In this document: positions 55,011-64,000 of the stretch, piece after piece
How positions within the stretch are numbered: position 1 is the first letter of the stretch
Layout: each line of letters begins with the position of its first letter
IMG/VR virus record: IMGVR_UViG_3300045988_144682
DNA from: a virus
Direction: 5' to 3' (one strand)
Length of the DNA stretch: 64,000 nucleotides
Translations under genes and position numbers: made by a program
Notes under the pieces: model-generated
Database searches by the model: none
The model's input: the letters and a program-made list of their open reading frames with translations, nothing else
What the model was told of the DNA's origin: nothing

Positions 55011-56045
55011 TTATAGATCACTTAAAGACGAACTCTTACCTTCCACAATTCCATCTTTTGTGAAATACTTACTGAATTCTTCGGAAACCTCACTATCGTT
55101 GTAGAGATTAACCATGTCCGAACTACTCCATCCGAAAAATTCCTGAACAACATTTGCCGGGATATTCAGCTTCAATAATTTTGTGTTGAGATAATGTCTC
55201 ATGCAGTGCCAGTAAAAATCCACACCTAATTCATTTGAGAAGATGTTCGCCCAACTATCAAGAGTACTGACTTTCATTTGTGCATAAGAACCATCACCAC
55301 ATCTATGTACAAAAAGCCATTCGCTCTCAATGCCTTGTTTCTTACGTTGTTCCATCCATAAATCAAGGTATTTCTTAAACTCATAAAGCACATATTTATT
55401 GAGCTGTTTACCTGTTTTACCAGCTCCCTTAGTTTTGATCTTAGGAGTCTTATATAAACCACCATAAACAATATTGTTCTCATCGAAGTATTCAACTTTG
55501 AATCTCAACAATTCTGATTTTCTAGCACCACTCATTGCAGCCAAAGCAAAAGCACATGCCTGTTGGTATCGTTCTTCACTAACCAATTTATCTAAGAATT
55601 TATCTACGTCATCATCTGGGATAATGGTTTTCTCACGAACAGCTTCGTTCTTCGGGGATTCAATCTTTCCAATAATGGATCGGAAATTCTCAAAATCTTC
55701 GTCTTCGTCCTGTAAAATATTTTCAATATAATTTGACATGCTACTGATAGCAGATTTTACCCTACGAATTCTTTTCGGACTCCAACCCCATTCATTGATT
55801 GCATATCCCTGGAATCGTGCAAGCTCACGTTTCTTGATATCAACAAAAAATTTATTGTTGTTGTACTCTAAGTTCCAGCAGAAGAAAATTTCTAGGTCGT
55901 TTCTGTACCCGTTAATTGTAGAAGGGGCACGATCAATAGACGCAAGATATTCAAGAAAATCTTCACAAAGTTGTTTATTGTTTGGATTGATTTTCTTGAT
56001 AGATTCTTCGTTTGTAATTTTGTTATAAATTGTTGTTCTACCCAT
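55011..56045 (-). CDS. Tyrosine recombinase (phage integrase family)
   Basis: N-terminal SAM-like core-binding domain; SGARKSEL (Arg), HCMRHY (HxxR), NLYND (Tyr). Confidence 0.85.
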   Translation of the reverse strand: MGRTTIYNKITNEESIKKINPNNKQLCEDFLEYLASIDRAPSTINGYRNDLEIFFCWNLEYNNNKFFVDIKKRELARFQGYAINEWGWSPKRIRRVKSAISSMSNYIENILQDEDEDFENFRSIIGKIESPKNEAVREKTIIPDDDVDKFLDKLVSEERYQQACAFALAAMSGARKSELLRFKVEYFDENNIVYGGLYKTPKIKTKGAGKTGKQLNKYVLYEFKKYLDLWMEQRKKQGIESEWLFVHRCGDGSYAQMKVSTLDSWANIFSNELGVDFYWHCMRHYLNTKLLKLNIPANVVQEFFGWSSSDMVNLYNDSEVSEEFSKYFTKDGIVEGKSSSLSDL

Positions 56046-56072
56046 GTTACTAACCCTCTTTCTTAAAAGCGT

Positions 56073-56103
56073 AAAAAATAGAAGAGGGGAGTAACCCTCT
56101 TCT
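56073..56103 (-). terminator. Rho-independent terminator preceding the recombinase gene
   Basis: 9-bp stem AGAAGAGGG/CCCTCTTCT plus a T-run on the minus strand. Confidence 0.65.
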
Positions 56104-56657
56104 TATTCGACTTTAGTATTGTCTTGTTCTTTTTGAGAATTCTCATACGCTAAAATTCCACGAACTACATCATCTTGTGGCATTTTTGCAAGCTCTGCTA
56201 CATTCTGTAGTTTATTCATGAAATCATCAGTGTTTAAATTCTCTAATGTGGAAGAATATTTATTGGCGATAGAAATTAACACCTCAAATAATTCGTCCAG
56301 TTTTGATGTATTGACAAGTTTGCTCCGCTCAAAATCAATTTTTCTTTCAGCAGCATCAATAACATCTTTTATATTAACTGTTTCTTTGATAACCTGTCCA
56401 ATGCGTGTTTTCTCGATGAAATCCGCACTTTCAGTAAAAGACTCTGGCAATGCAATATCAGTCAGATTATTTACAAGAGAAACAGCTACAAAATAATCAA
56501 ACAGAATAGGCTCATACCCTACGGTATCATTGATAACACCGTGAACGATATCATCAACAATGTCCATTTTCTGTGAAAGAGTAGGAGAGGACACATATCT
56601 AAAAACTATGTGTTTTCCGTTTAATTCAAATGTTGATTCATCAGTATATTTTCTCAT
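56103..56657 (-). CDS. Hypothetical protein (tail-assembly-chaperone position)
   Basis: 184 aa, acidic; between the major tail region and the TMP. Confidence 0.5.
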   Translation of the reverse strand: MRKYTDESTFELNGKHIVFRYVSSPTLSQKMDIVDDIVHGVINDTVGYEPILFDYFVAVSLVNNLTDIALPESFTESADFIEKTRIGQVIKETVNIKDVIDAAERKIDFERSKLVNTSKLDELFEVLISIANKYSSTLENLNTDDFMNKLQNVAELAKMPQDDVVRGILAYENSQKEQDNTKVE

Positions 56658-56660
56658 AAA

Positions 56661-56957
56661 TTACACCTCTGTACTTTCTTTAGCAAACTGTGAATAGTTG
56701 TTTTCCAGGAATCTACGGCTCTTATCGGAAAGAGTTTTAGAAACACTATAAATTTCTTTGTTTTCTTTCTTGCCAATAGTATATGTACATGTAGGACACG
56801 CACAAATATTCGTACCCTCTACCCAGTTCATCGGCTGTTTACATTTCGGGCACATCAGGATTTTTTCCATGATTTCTTTAGCCTTACGTTTATTCTTCAT
56901 TGCTCTACTTTTCTCTGTATTCACATTGAACATTTTTGCTACTTCTTTAATAGTCAT
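56661..56957 (-). CDS. Zinc-ribbon hypothetical protein
   Basis: CPKCKQ...CPTC; AAGGAG RBS. Confidence 0.55.
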   Translation of the reverse strand: MTIKEVAKMFNVNTEKSRAMKNKRKAKEIMEKILMCPKCKQPMNWVEGTNICACPTCTYTIGKKENKEIYSVSKTLSDKSRRFLENNYSQFAKESTEV

Positions 56958-57122
56958 AATTTAGATCTCCTTTTGTAAACGAACTTTTTAATAATTATGG
57001 TGGATAAACATTTGTATAATTTGCGATAAAAAATGATACCCATTAAAAAAGCCAAAACAGTTTTTAACCTCTTTAATAGGTATCATACACAAGTGCAGTG
57101 CTTAATAAAAACACCACACTTG

Positions 57123-57305
57123 CTAACAATCCTCGTAATATTTACAATGCATTTTATCTTGATTATGTGGGATATAACAAGATTTGTCTTTACAATATCT
57201 TTGGCAGATACATAAACCTTCTGAGTTTATCTTCACACCACCAGAACAATAAATCATATTCTGCTTAGTTTTTTCATTAAGCTGAATGTATGCATATTTA
57301 CACAT
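57123..57305 (-). CDS. Cys-rich 60-aa protein
   Basis: TAATG coupling to the upstream gene; 8 Cys. Confidence 0.4.
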   Translation of the reverse strand: MCKYAYIQLNEKTKQNMIYCSGGVKINSEGLCICQRYCKDKSCYIPHNQDKMHCKYYEDC

Positions 57306-57574
57306 TATTTCTTCTCAACTTTAAAATTCGGAGAATGAATATCTCCCGAATATTTGACAGAAATTTTATTACCAGGATTTTTTGATATACCAGTTAATTC
57401 ATACCCGAAACCATCAAAAGAAATGATAGCGGTATTAGTACGCTCATTGTATACTAATACGTCACACTCTTTGGTAAGAGATGCTTTTCGTTTCGGTGTA
57501 CTTGATTTTGTTTCAACTTTATTTTTTCCTTTATCTTGAACAATCTCAGTTGTATTTTCTTTTACATCTGTCAT
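57305..57574 (-). CDS. Hypothetical protein
   Basis: AAGGAG RBS; 89 aa. Confidence 0.5.
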   Translation of the reverse strand: MTDVKENTTEIVQDKGKNKVETKSSTPKRKASLTKECDVLVYNERTNTAIISFDGFGYELTGISKNPGNKISVKYSGDIHSPNFKVEKK

Positions 57575-57594
57575 AATCTCAGCTCCTTCTTCCT

Positions 57595-57629
57595 AATAAA
57601 AATGTAGGCAGGTATAAACCCACCTACAT
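57595..57629 (-). terminator. Terminator after the major tail gene
   Basis: Imperfect stem TGTAGG..CCTACA followed by a T-run on the minus strand. Confidence 0.5.
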
Positions 57630-57642
57630 ATAGTTACTGAAA

Positions 57643-58668
57643 TTATTTTGTTACAGTGATCTCAATTGTATCTTCGAGTCCATTGTAAACGGCTTTGACT
57701 GTTGCTGTACCAGATGCAGTTGCACCACTCACAACACCCGTTTTTACACCTACAGTCAATGCAGTGTTTCCGGCATCTACGATTGAGAATGTACAATCCT
57801 TTGGATCAAGCTCTGTAGGTTTATACATAACTCCGATAATACCAAGAACTGAAAGTGTCATGTTTGCACCAGTCTTAATTGTTGTAGCCGGTGCAGAGAT
57901 AGCGATTTCAGAAACAGCCATATCTGTATTATCATCATCAATTTCAGAGATGTATGCATATACGGCACTACCATCTTCACAAGCGTCACCTTCGACAGCA
58001 AGGGCACTACCAGATAACTTTGTACTTACTACACCATCAGGTGTGAATGAGATATCAAAGTTACCGTCAAGTGAGTAAGACGGAATTACGATTTCAACGA
58101 CACCAACTTTACCTTTCTTACTGTTATGCTTGTCTGCCTGAAGAACAAGTTTTCCAATGTAAGGTGTTGATTCCGCATCAATAGTAATACGTTTTGAAAT
58201 AGCATTGTACTGATATGTACATTTTACTTTTTCAGTTGTAAGACCATATGATGTCAAGTCAATTGAAGTACCATCGGCAGTAACTTCTACGAATGTACCG
58301 TTTGGAAGTTCTACACCAACTTTTGCACCAGTCAGAGGTGTATGGTCAATTGTACCTTTTCCAGCTACAAGTGTTACGCACTCATTAAGACTATATGAAT
58401 CTTTGAGTCCTTTAGAAATTTGAGAACCAGCCTGTAAAGCAATGTACTCAAGTTTCCAGTCAGCAGCTTCAAGTTCTGCTGTAAGTTCTCTACCATATTT
58501 GTATGAGAATACTTTCTTATTACCTTTACCAGCATTTACAGCCTGTTCCTGCATAGATACAGAAATAGAAGAACTAAGGTTAGTCACTCCTGTACAAGCT
58601 AATACACCATTGATGTAAAATGCAAAGTCGGCAACTGAAACAACGAATTCTTTTCCCTTTGTATTCAT
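57643..58668 (-). CDS. Major tail protein with C-terminal Ig-like (Big_2-type) domain
   Basis: AGGAGG RBS; C-terminal ISAPATTIKTGANMTLSV...TVKAVYNGLEDTIEITV; terminator after the gene. Confidence 0.65.
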   Translation of the reverse strand: MNTKGKEFVVSVADFAFYINGVLACTGVTNLSSSISVSMQEQAVNAGKGNKKVFSYKYGRELTAELEAADWKLEYIALQAGSQISKGLKDSYSLNECVTLVAGKGTIDHTPLTGAKVGVELPNGTFVEVTADGTSIDLTSYGLTTEKVKCTYQYNAISKRITIDAESTPYIGKLVLQADKHNSKKGKVGVVEIVIPSYSLDGNFDISFTPDGVVSTKLSGSALAVEGDACEDGSAVYAYISEIDDDNTDMAVSEIAISAPATTIKTGANMTLSVLGIIGVMYKPTELDPKDCTFSIVDAGNTALTVGVKTGVVSGATASGTATVKAVYNGLEDTIEITVTK

Positions 58669-58695
58669 TGCAAATTCCTCCTGATTTATAAATCA

Positions 58696-59463
58696 TCAGC
58701 CACTAATCATTTTCTTTAATGACATGGCATCTGTTTTCACATCTTTGAACTTATCGCTCTCATCAAGTTCAGTCATCCAATACTGGACGGGTTCTTTGAA
58801 TTTTACAAATCCCGTACTTTCAGCAGATTTCATAACATTGAAAATATCACGCTTATTTATTCGTTTAACATATCGCCAGAACTTACGAATAGTTAGCCCC
58901 TTAACTTTTTCTTCAGTTAAGTCCATTCCAACACAAACAGAATCAATATAATCTTCAAGAGAGGCTTTATCTTTGCCAGATATAGCATCCTGGGCTTTCT
59001 TTAATTCCTGTTCAGTGTCGTAGTGAATGAATTCATCAATGTCAAAATCAATACCATTTTGTAGGATAATAATTCTCCGAATATCATCGAACTGATCGGC
59101 GGTTATAACATTGCCATTTATTCTGAATCCCCCTTGTGTAGAACTAGCCAATACCTCTTGATCCTTAAATACAAGCTGTAAAAGACGAAGTGCAAAAGAA
59201 TAGTAGTAAGGGAGAAATGGCATGTTAAATTCTTTTGCTAATTCTACGTTGTTATGACAGTAAAATAAAAAATCAAGATATGGCATCTTGATGATTTTCT
59301 TTACTGGAAATATACTGTTTTTGCGAACAATAATACTTGACTTATATAAATTGAAATCAAGCACATTACCCATTTTTACAGGGTATAAAACTAAATCTTC
59401 GGTATAATAAATTGGTGAGCTATATATAAGGTACTGATATAAAGATTCGTTACTGATGTCCAT
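58696..59463 (-). CDS. Hypothetical structural protein
   Basis: Start chosen at MDISNES (GAAGGA RBS). The ORF track extends to 59541, overlapping the upstream gene. Confidence 0.5.
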   Translation of the reverse strand: MDISNESLYQYLIYSSPIYYTEDLVLYPVKMGNVLDFNLYKSSIIVRKNSIFPVKKIIKMPYLDFLFYCHNNVELAKEFNMPFLPYYYSFALRLLQLVFKDQEVLASSTQGGFRINGNVITADQFDDIRRIIILQNGIDFDIDEFIHYDTEQELKKAQDAISGKDKASLEDYIDSVCVGMDLTEEKVKGLTIRKFWRYVKRINKRDIFNVMKSAESTGFVKFKEPVQYWMTELDESDKFKDVKTDAMSLKKMISG

Positions 59464-59935
59464 ATGATTCCTTCTTTGCAGTAAACGTAAGTATTCTGCA
59501 TGGGTATTCATAGTACAATACTTCCTCAGTATTGCTTGCACATGTCAATTCACCAATCCAATTTGTTTCCATTCCAGATAAAGTTTTTTTCAATTCTTCA
59601 CCCAAAATATCAATAACTGTACCCGATAGATATTCCTTTGTTTTATAGCTCTGCACTCTTTGTGCCATTGCCTTTTCATGGCAGACAATATATATGACCA
59701 CTTTTATCTCTTCCAAAAAATATTGTTGGTTTCTCACATGATCGACCTTGAAACAGATGAATGGAGAGGTTTTCTCAATGGTCTTTGGATTCTGCAAATA
59801 AGGGAAAATTTTCTTATAAAGCAGACCACCACCGGCATCTATATATTCCTTATCGAGATTAAAAATAATCTCGTTATTTTCGACAATTGTATTTATTACC
59901 GCAGATTTAAAAGAGTTAATGTCAAAATCTTCCAT
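59450..59935 (-). CDS. Hypothetical structural protein (neck/tail completion position)
   Basis: GAGG RBS before MEDFDIN. Confidence 0.5.
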   Translation of the reverse strand: MEDFDINSFKSAVINTIVENNEIIFNLDKEYIDAGGGLLYKKIFPYLQNPKTIEKTSPFICFKVDHVRNQQYFLEEIKVVIYIVCHEKAMAQRVQSYKTKEYLSGTVIDILGEELKKTLSGMETNWIGELTCASNTEEVLYYEYPCRILTFTAKKESYGHQ

Positions 59936-59947
59936 AATAAACCTCAT

Positions 59948-60979
59948 TTACCATAAAGCGGTAATCGTAATAACAACAGATGCCAATATTGTATCTACCG
60001 ATGAAAGAACATTTAAGTGGAATTGCTTTCCAACCAAATCACGATTGTTTTTTACAGTAACTTTTACAAAATTGTCACCAGTAGTTAATACCAAATCTTT
60101 CTCATCGAAATCATTATCAGAAATTCCCCAATGATATTCGATATCATCTACCACATTATGTTCATTGTCATAAAATGTAGCAGAGTATTTTTCAAACGAT
60201 GATAAACTGATAGTGTCAGCTTTATATGTAAGTTCGCAAGTATAACCGTACTTTTCAGTAGGCTCAACATTATTTTGTTTATAATCTGCAAGCATCATAT
60301 CAACACTGTCTGTATTTTCATCGTATACAGTTTGAGTCAATGACAAATTTAACAACTTTACATTTTTATTGTTGTTTGTTAAACCATTGAATTTTGTGAG
60401 TTTATATACCAACGGTACATCGTTGGACATTTCCAACATAAATCGCATACCGTCATGAAGCCTTCTTGTATTTTTATCCATTGGCAGTAAAAGGCTATAC
60501 TGCTTATCATAAGTGATAACAATATTTCCTTTGAAGACACCAGAACTATACCGTGTCACATCTTCACACCAATACCAATATTCAAATATTTTCTTGGTTT
60601 CTGGATCTTGCCATCGTAACTGATTGTGACAAACTTTAAGAACTGCCTTTTCATAAAATTTATTATTACTTGGTTCAGAAGCAATAATCCAAATTTCATC
60701 TTCAAAACGAATGTAAGAGTATGTTTGTAAAGTTCCAATCGGCACTAAAATTTGTCTGTCTTCAGCTTTCAATTGTGTGTCTGGCGTAACACTCTGTATA
60801 ATTGCCTTGCCGGGAGTAATAACAGAAAAATCACTGTTTATAAACTCAACATTATCGCACAACATAGTGGTATCAAGCATTTCCTTAAAACCATCTTGTG
60901 CATAAGCGAAAAATTCTTCGCCCTCAAAACCACCATTATAAATAGGTGGTTGATCCATTAAATACCAATCCACAGCCAT
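59948..60979 (-). CDS. Hypothetical structural protein
   Basis: 343 aa; start ATG 60979 (GTG 60988 also possible). Confidence 0.55.
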   Translation of the reverse strand: MAVDWYLMDQPPIYNGGFEGEEFFAYAQDGFKEMLDTTMLCDNVEFINSDFSVITPGKAIIQSVTPDTQLKAEDRQILVPIGTLQTYSYIRFEDEIWIIASEPSNNKFYEKAVLKVCHNQLRWQDPETKKIFEYWYWCEDVTRYSSGVFKGNIVITYDKQYSLLLPMDKNTRRLHDGMRFMLEMSNDVPLVYKLTKFNGLTNNNKNVKLLNLSLTQTVYDENTDSVDMMLADYKQNNVEPTEKYGYTCELTYKADTISLSSFEKYSATFYDNEHNVVDDIEYHWGISDNDFDEKDLVLTTGDNFVKVTVKNNRDLVGKQFHLNVLSSVDTILASVVITITALW

Positions 60980-60991
60980 AAATATCACCGC

Positions 60992-61414
60992 CTATGTATA
61001 AGCTGGACATTTTTGCTTTGTGTAAAGGTCTGCAATTTTTGAATCTATTGCATCAGCTTCCGCTCTTGTGTATTTCTTTGTATCACCAGTTCCGTTAAGA
61101 CTGATATCTTTACCGATGATATTATTTAACTGATTTACACGCCTTACCTCTTGTTGCATATAGTAAGACTTCATAATCTCAGCTAGACTCAAAATGACAT
61201 AGTTTTTCAAATCACCATTATCATCGAAAGAATCTGAATCAGAAGAGGGTGGGGTAAATACTAAATCTTGTTTATCGAATCCTAAAGAATCAATATTTAG
61301 TTCATATTCACCTAATGCATTCAAGAACCATTGACGAACTAATCCGTCTGCAAGTACATACTTACATTTAATGATTGATTCAAATGCAGATACAACGTCT
61401 GTATATGATGTCAT
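60992..61414 (-). CDS. Hypothetical head-tail joining protein
   Basis: GGAGGTG RBS before MTSYTD. Confidence 0.5.
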   Translation of the reverse strand: MTSYTDVVSAFESIIKCKYVLADGLVRQWFLNALGEYELNIDSLGFDKQDLVFTPPSSDSDSFDDNGDLKNYVILSLAEIMKSYYMQQEVRRVNQLNNIIGKDISLNGTGDTKKYTRAEADAIDSKIADLYTKQKCPAYT

Positions 61415-61435
61415 TGAATGCACCTCCAATTATTT

Positions 61436-62011
61436 TTAATCGAGATTTAATCCACTGACTGCCTCAATTTCAGCAAGCATATAAGACGGAACTTCATCAG
61501 TGTTGACAGAAGGGTATAAGTCCTTATCTGAACACATAATTGCAATCATTTTCTTTTCTGATTCTGTTACAACCAAAGAAGAAAGTTTATCATGGAATTC
61601 TTTCTTACTCTTAGATGCGAACAAATCATTCACTGCATCCACTGTTAATTGAACCGGCGAAATATCTTCTCCGAAAACATATTCTCTTACGAGTGGATCA
61701 TTGATTTTAAAAGCAGCATGAGAGCCAAGTCCATCAACTCCGCAAAATGCAACATTTCCGACTTTAACTTGTGAATCAATCTCAGCAAGTGTTAATCTTT
61801 TATAATCTTTGATGTTCGGATCAATCTGAATTGATTTTCCATTTTCCTCAGAAACAAATCCGATAGTCCATCCACAAAGATTGTCAATAGAAACTCTATC
61901 GCTTAAAGAGAGATTGTCTACTGTACGTGTCTTTGCTTTTGTACGTGGTGTTTTTGCTTTCGTTGTCTTAGTTACAACATTTTCGCTTTTTTCAATAACT
62001 TTTTCGTCCAT
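61436..62011 (-). CDS. Hypothetical protein
   Basis: AAGGAG RBS before MDEKVIEK; the ORF-track upstream extension lacks an RBS. Confidence 0.55.
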   Translation of the reverse strand: MDEKVIEKSENVVTKTTKAKTPRTKAKTRTVDNLSLSDRVSIDNLCGWTIGFVSEENGKSIQIDPNIKDYKRLTLAEIDSQVKVGNVAFCGVDGLGSHAAFKINDPLVREYVFGEDISPVQLTVDAVNDLFASKSKKEFHDKLSSLVVTESEKKMIAIMCSDKDLYPSVNTDEVPSYMLAEIEAVSGLNLD

Positions 62012-62088
62012 TGATGTATAACTCCTTTTATAATAAAAGCATGGAGAAAAACAGATTTCCCCATGCTTATACATTTATTTTCGTTTAA

Positions 62089-63201
62089 TTAAGACTGTTT
62101 AGCAAGTAAACCAATCTCAAATTCACGACCTTTTACAACGTCAGCACCAAGTTCAACATCAAAACGAGTTTTGATTGTACCTGTTTCAACGTCTGTACCG
62201 CTCATTGTTGTGATACCACCACGTCTGAAGATATTCAGCGGAGATTTATTACCAGCAGCAGTAAAGTACAGCTCATCATCTGCGTAATAAGTCTCGAATC
62301 CAGACTTGTCAGCAAGCGGTTTTGTATAGTTGAACGGATTTTCAAGTTCTACAAGTGTGCTTCCTTTATAGAATCCGTTTACACCAGCTTTGGCGATTTC
62401 ATCTACCTGTGATGGGCTATAGAATGGAATCTTAGTATCACCAACAGTTTTATATCCGTTCCATCCACTGATTTCCTGGATTAAGCTGTAGTCACCTAAG
62501 ATAGCAACTTTACCCATTTTACGAGTAAATGCAACTCTCTTAGCAACGTCTGCCTCTGTAGGGAGATCACCTGTATATGTGCTATAGTTCTTCACATATT
62601 TAGTGTTGTTTGCAAGAGATTTCTTCAGAACACCAAGAACGTATGCTACACCTTTGTTGTTCATATCAACCTGAACCTGAGCCATTTCCTCTGCAATTGT
62701 TCCATCGAAGTTACCAGAAGCAAGTTCACGGTAATCAATAGCCATACCAGCAGAAATGGTTCTTGTAGCAACAGGATATTCCATCCAGTTTCTTCCAGCA
62801 AAACTTACATCAGAATTTGCAGCTTGCATACGAGCGTCAATTCCTTCGTAGTTGTAAGTTTTAACCTTCGGCTGTTCATGATAAGCAAGTTCATGATAGT
62901 TTCCTAAGAAATCATAAATCTTCATAGCCTCAAGCAGTTTCGGCTCAATAATGAACTTAACGATTGTATTGATTTCAGCTCTAGCTTTGAAATCGCCCAT
63001 AGCTGCAGCTTCTCCAAGTGCAGAAAGTTTCTTTGCTACAGCATCTTTCTGTGTTCCATATTTACCGGCATCTGTACCAGTGAACAGGGCAGAACAGATT
63101 TCAACCATCTGTTTGAATTTAGCCTGATCCTTGATAGTTACATCATCTTTTACTGGATTTGCTAATTCAAAAGAAGTATTTAATTCAACGATATTTCTCA
63201 T
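62089..63201 (-). CDS. Major capsid protein (by position and size)
   Basis: 370 aa, GGAGG RBS. Order scaffold-like / 154-aa protein / this gene mirrors lambda Nu3-D-E. Confidence 0.65.
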   Translation of the reverse strand: MRNIVELNTSFELANPVKDDVTIKDQAKFKQMVEICSALFTGTDAGKYGTQKDAVAKKLSALGEAAAMGDFKARAEINTIVKFIIEPKLLEAMKIYDFLGNYHELAYHEQPKVKTYNYEGIDARMQAANSDVSFAGRNWMEYPVATRTISAGMAIDYRELASGNFDGTIAEEMAQVQVDMNNKGVAYVLGVLKKSLANNTKYVKNYSTYTGDLPTEADVAKRVAFTRKMGKVAILGDYSLIQEISGWNGYKTVGDTKIPFYSPSQVDEIAKAGVNGFYKGSTLVELENPFNYTKPLADKSGFETYYADDELYFTAAGNKSPLNIFRRGGITTMSGTDVETGTIKTRFDVELGADVVKGREFEIGLLAKQS

Positions 63202-63236
63202 TGTTTCGTTCCTCCAATTAGTGTATTAAGTTACAA

Positions 63237-63701
63237 TTAGGCAATAACAACCTCAACAGCAAGTCCTTCACCGTTGAAACTTGTTTTCTCGCTTACTACA
63301 AAATATTCTTTGTAGTCAGCTACTCCTGTGGCTTTCTTTACAGCTTTCAGTTTTCCACTGGCTTCTGCAACAAGGAAATCGCCAACAGCAATATCTGCGT
63401 ATGTGCCATCTACCTGATCCATATCCATGTCAATAATTCTTCCTTTCAGTGAAGTAAGAACAAATAAACGTGGATTCTCACCAACTTCGATTACATAATC
63501 GTTTGGTGTAAGAGTCTCAGGTTTGTCGATAGTGTTCATAACAATTGCAAGCCCTGTTTCTTTTCCATCAGTAGGAACAGCAGCTTTCTTTGTAGCTTTA
63601 TCGAAAGTTACAACATTACCGTTATGCAGCTCAACGTCTGCTGTGCAGTAACCAACATTAACGGCATTTTTGTATGTACCAATTTCTCTAAATTTTAACA
63701 T
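63237..63701 (-). CDS. Head decoration-like protein (by position)
   Basis: GGAGG 9 nt before ATG 63701; between the scaffold-like and capsid genes. Confidence 0.45.
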   Translation of the reverse strand: MLKFREIGTYKNAVNVGYCTADVELHNGNVVTFDKATKKAAVPTDGKETGLAIVMNTIDKPETLTPNDYVIEVGENPRLFVLTSLKGRIIDMDMDQVDGTYADIAVGDFLVAEASGKLKAVKKATGVADYKEYFVVSEKTSFNGEGLAVEVVIA

Positions 63702-63730
63702 GGTCACGTTCCTCCATTATTTTTGTTTGA

Positions 63731-64000
63731 TTAAGCAAAACAATCAAAATCGTCAACGGAATTATCATCTTTGACGATAGGATCAATTGCTGACATAATG
63801 CCATCAAATTCGTCTTTCATTGAGTTCATTTCAAGAGATTTCTTTGCATTTTCCTCACGAATTTTCTTATATGCAGTTGCATCAATCTTTGTTACGATTG
63901 AATTGATCTCTACAGAGAACGGATCAGCATTGAATGCTTCGATTTCTTCTTTGGCAAAATCTTTCTGCTCATCTGTATAGTCTGCAAGGGCACTATTTAA
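63731..64000 (-). CDS. Partial CDS, scaffold-like acidic helical protein (5' end outside the window)
   Basis: The minus strand is open for all 89 codons to stop 63731-63733 (...KDEFDGIMSAIDPIVKDDNSVDDFDCFA*). Not in the ORF track because no start lies in the window. Confidence 0.5.
   Translation of the reverse strand, partial: LNSALADYTDEQKDFAKEEIEAFNADPFSVEINSIVTKIDATAYKKIREENAKKSLEMNSMKDEFDGIMSAIDPIVKDDNSVDDFDCFA

Noticed and set aside
54556-56657. Expected tail-assembly-chaperone pair with a -1 frameshift upstream of the TMP
   Set aside because: I could not identify a slippery sequence or an overlapping extension frame. The position is occupied by the recombinase gene, so no frameshift feature is claimed.
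28433-63980. Plus-strand ORFs inside the minus-strand late arm (e.g. 28433-29187 set, 34614-34805, 36244-36468, 39067-42289 set, 45669-46040, 47863-48183, 49431-50234, 53031-54374 set, 55474-56028, 57695-58078, 63771-63980)
   Set aside because: For the same reasons: antisense to motif-bearing structural genes, with no RBS. 63771-63980 is antisense to the partial scaffold-like CDS. Only 51427-51960 has a promoter, an RBS and domain content.
1-64000. tRNA, rRNA or CRISPR arrays
   Set aside because: No cloverleaf-like GC-rich 70-90-nt segments or regularly spaced direct repeats were seen in the non-coding gaps. This was checked by eye only, so tRNAscan or ARAGORN should confirm it.

Overview
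Low-GC (~35%) window that reads as part of a large tailed dsDNA phage or prophage of an anaerobic Firmicutes-type host. The evidence is GGAGG-type RBSs, TTGACA/TGnTAnAAT promoters, NrdDG, and a CHAP/SH3b endolysin. Layout: (i) 1-22.6 kb is a plus-strand early/metabolic arm. It holds a radical SAM gene, three DNA methyltransferases, a nicotinamidase, an RNA-repair set (phosphoesterase, RNA ligase, kinase-HD, HAD), vWA, DHH, ThyA, DHFR, a kinase/deoxyribonucleotidase fusion, NrdD/NrdG and dUTPase. (ii) 22.6-27.7 kb is a Tn7-like tnsA-like/tnsB/tnsC/tniQ block preceded by a dense repeat cluster. (iii) 27.8-64 kb is a minus-strand late arm: lysis genes, a complete diversity-generating retroelement (DGR), tail fibres, a 2292-aa tail protein, a split tape-measure gene, a tyrosine recombinase, and tail and head genes. 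Main hunt results follow. (a) Three genes (radical SAM, C5-MTase, N6-MTase) each have their RBS, start and 5' coding part flipped between short inverted repeats. Flipping each segment back restores an in-frame, colinear gene, which suggests intragenic invertons or a phage-borne phase-variable methylation switch. (b) The DGR template and variable repeats differ at 14 positions, all at template adenines. (c) A group I intron-like ribozyme core interrupts the tape-measure gene. It carries an antisense, independently promoted ORF inside a loop closed by 28-bp inverted repeats. (d) Tn7-like transposition genes lie inside a phage genome, and their ends are unresolved. All calls are by eye from motifs. 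No database search was possible, so family names are motif-based inferences.
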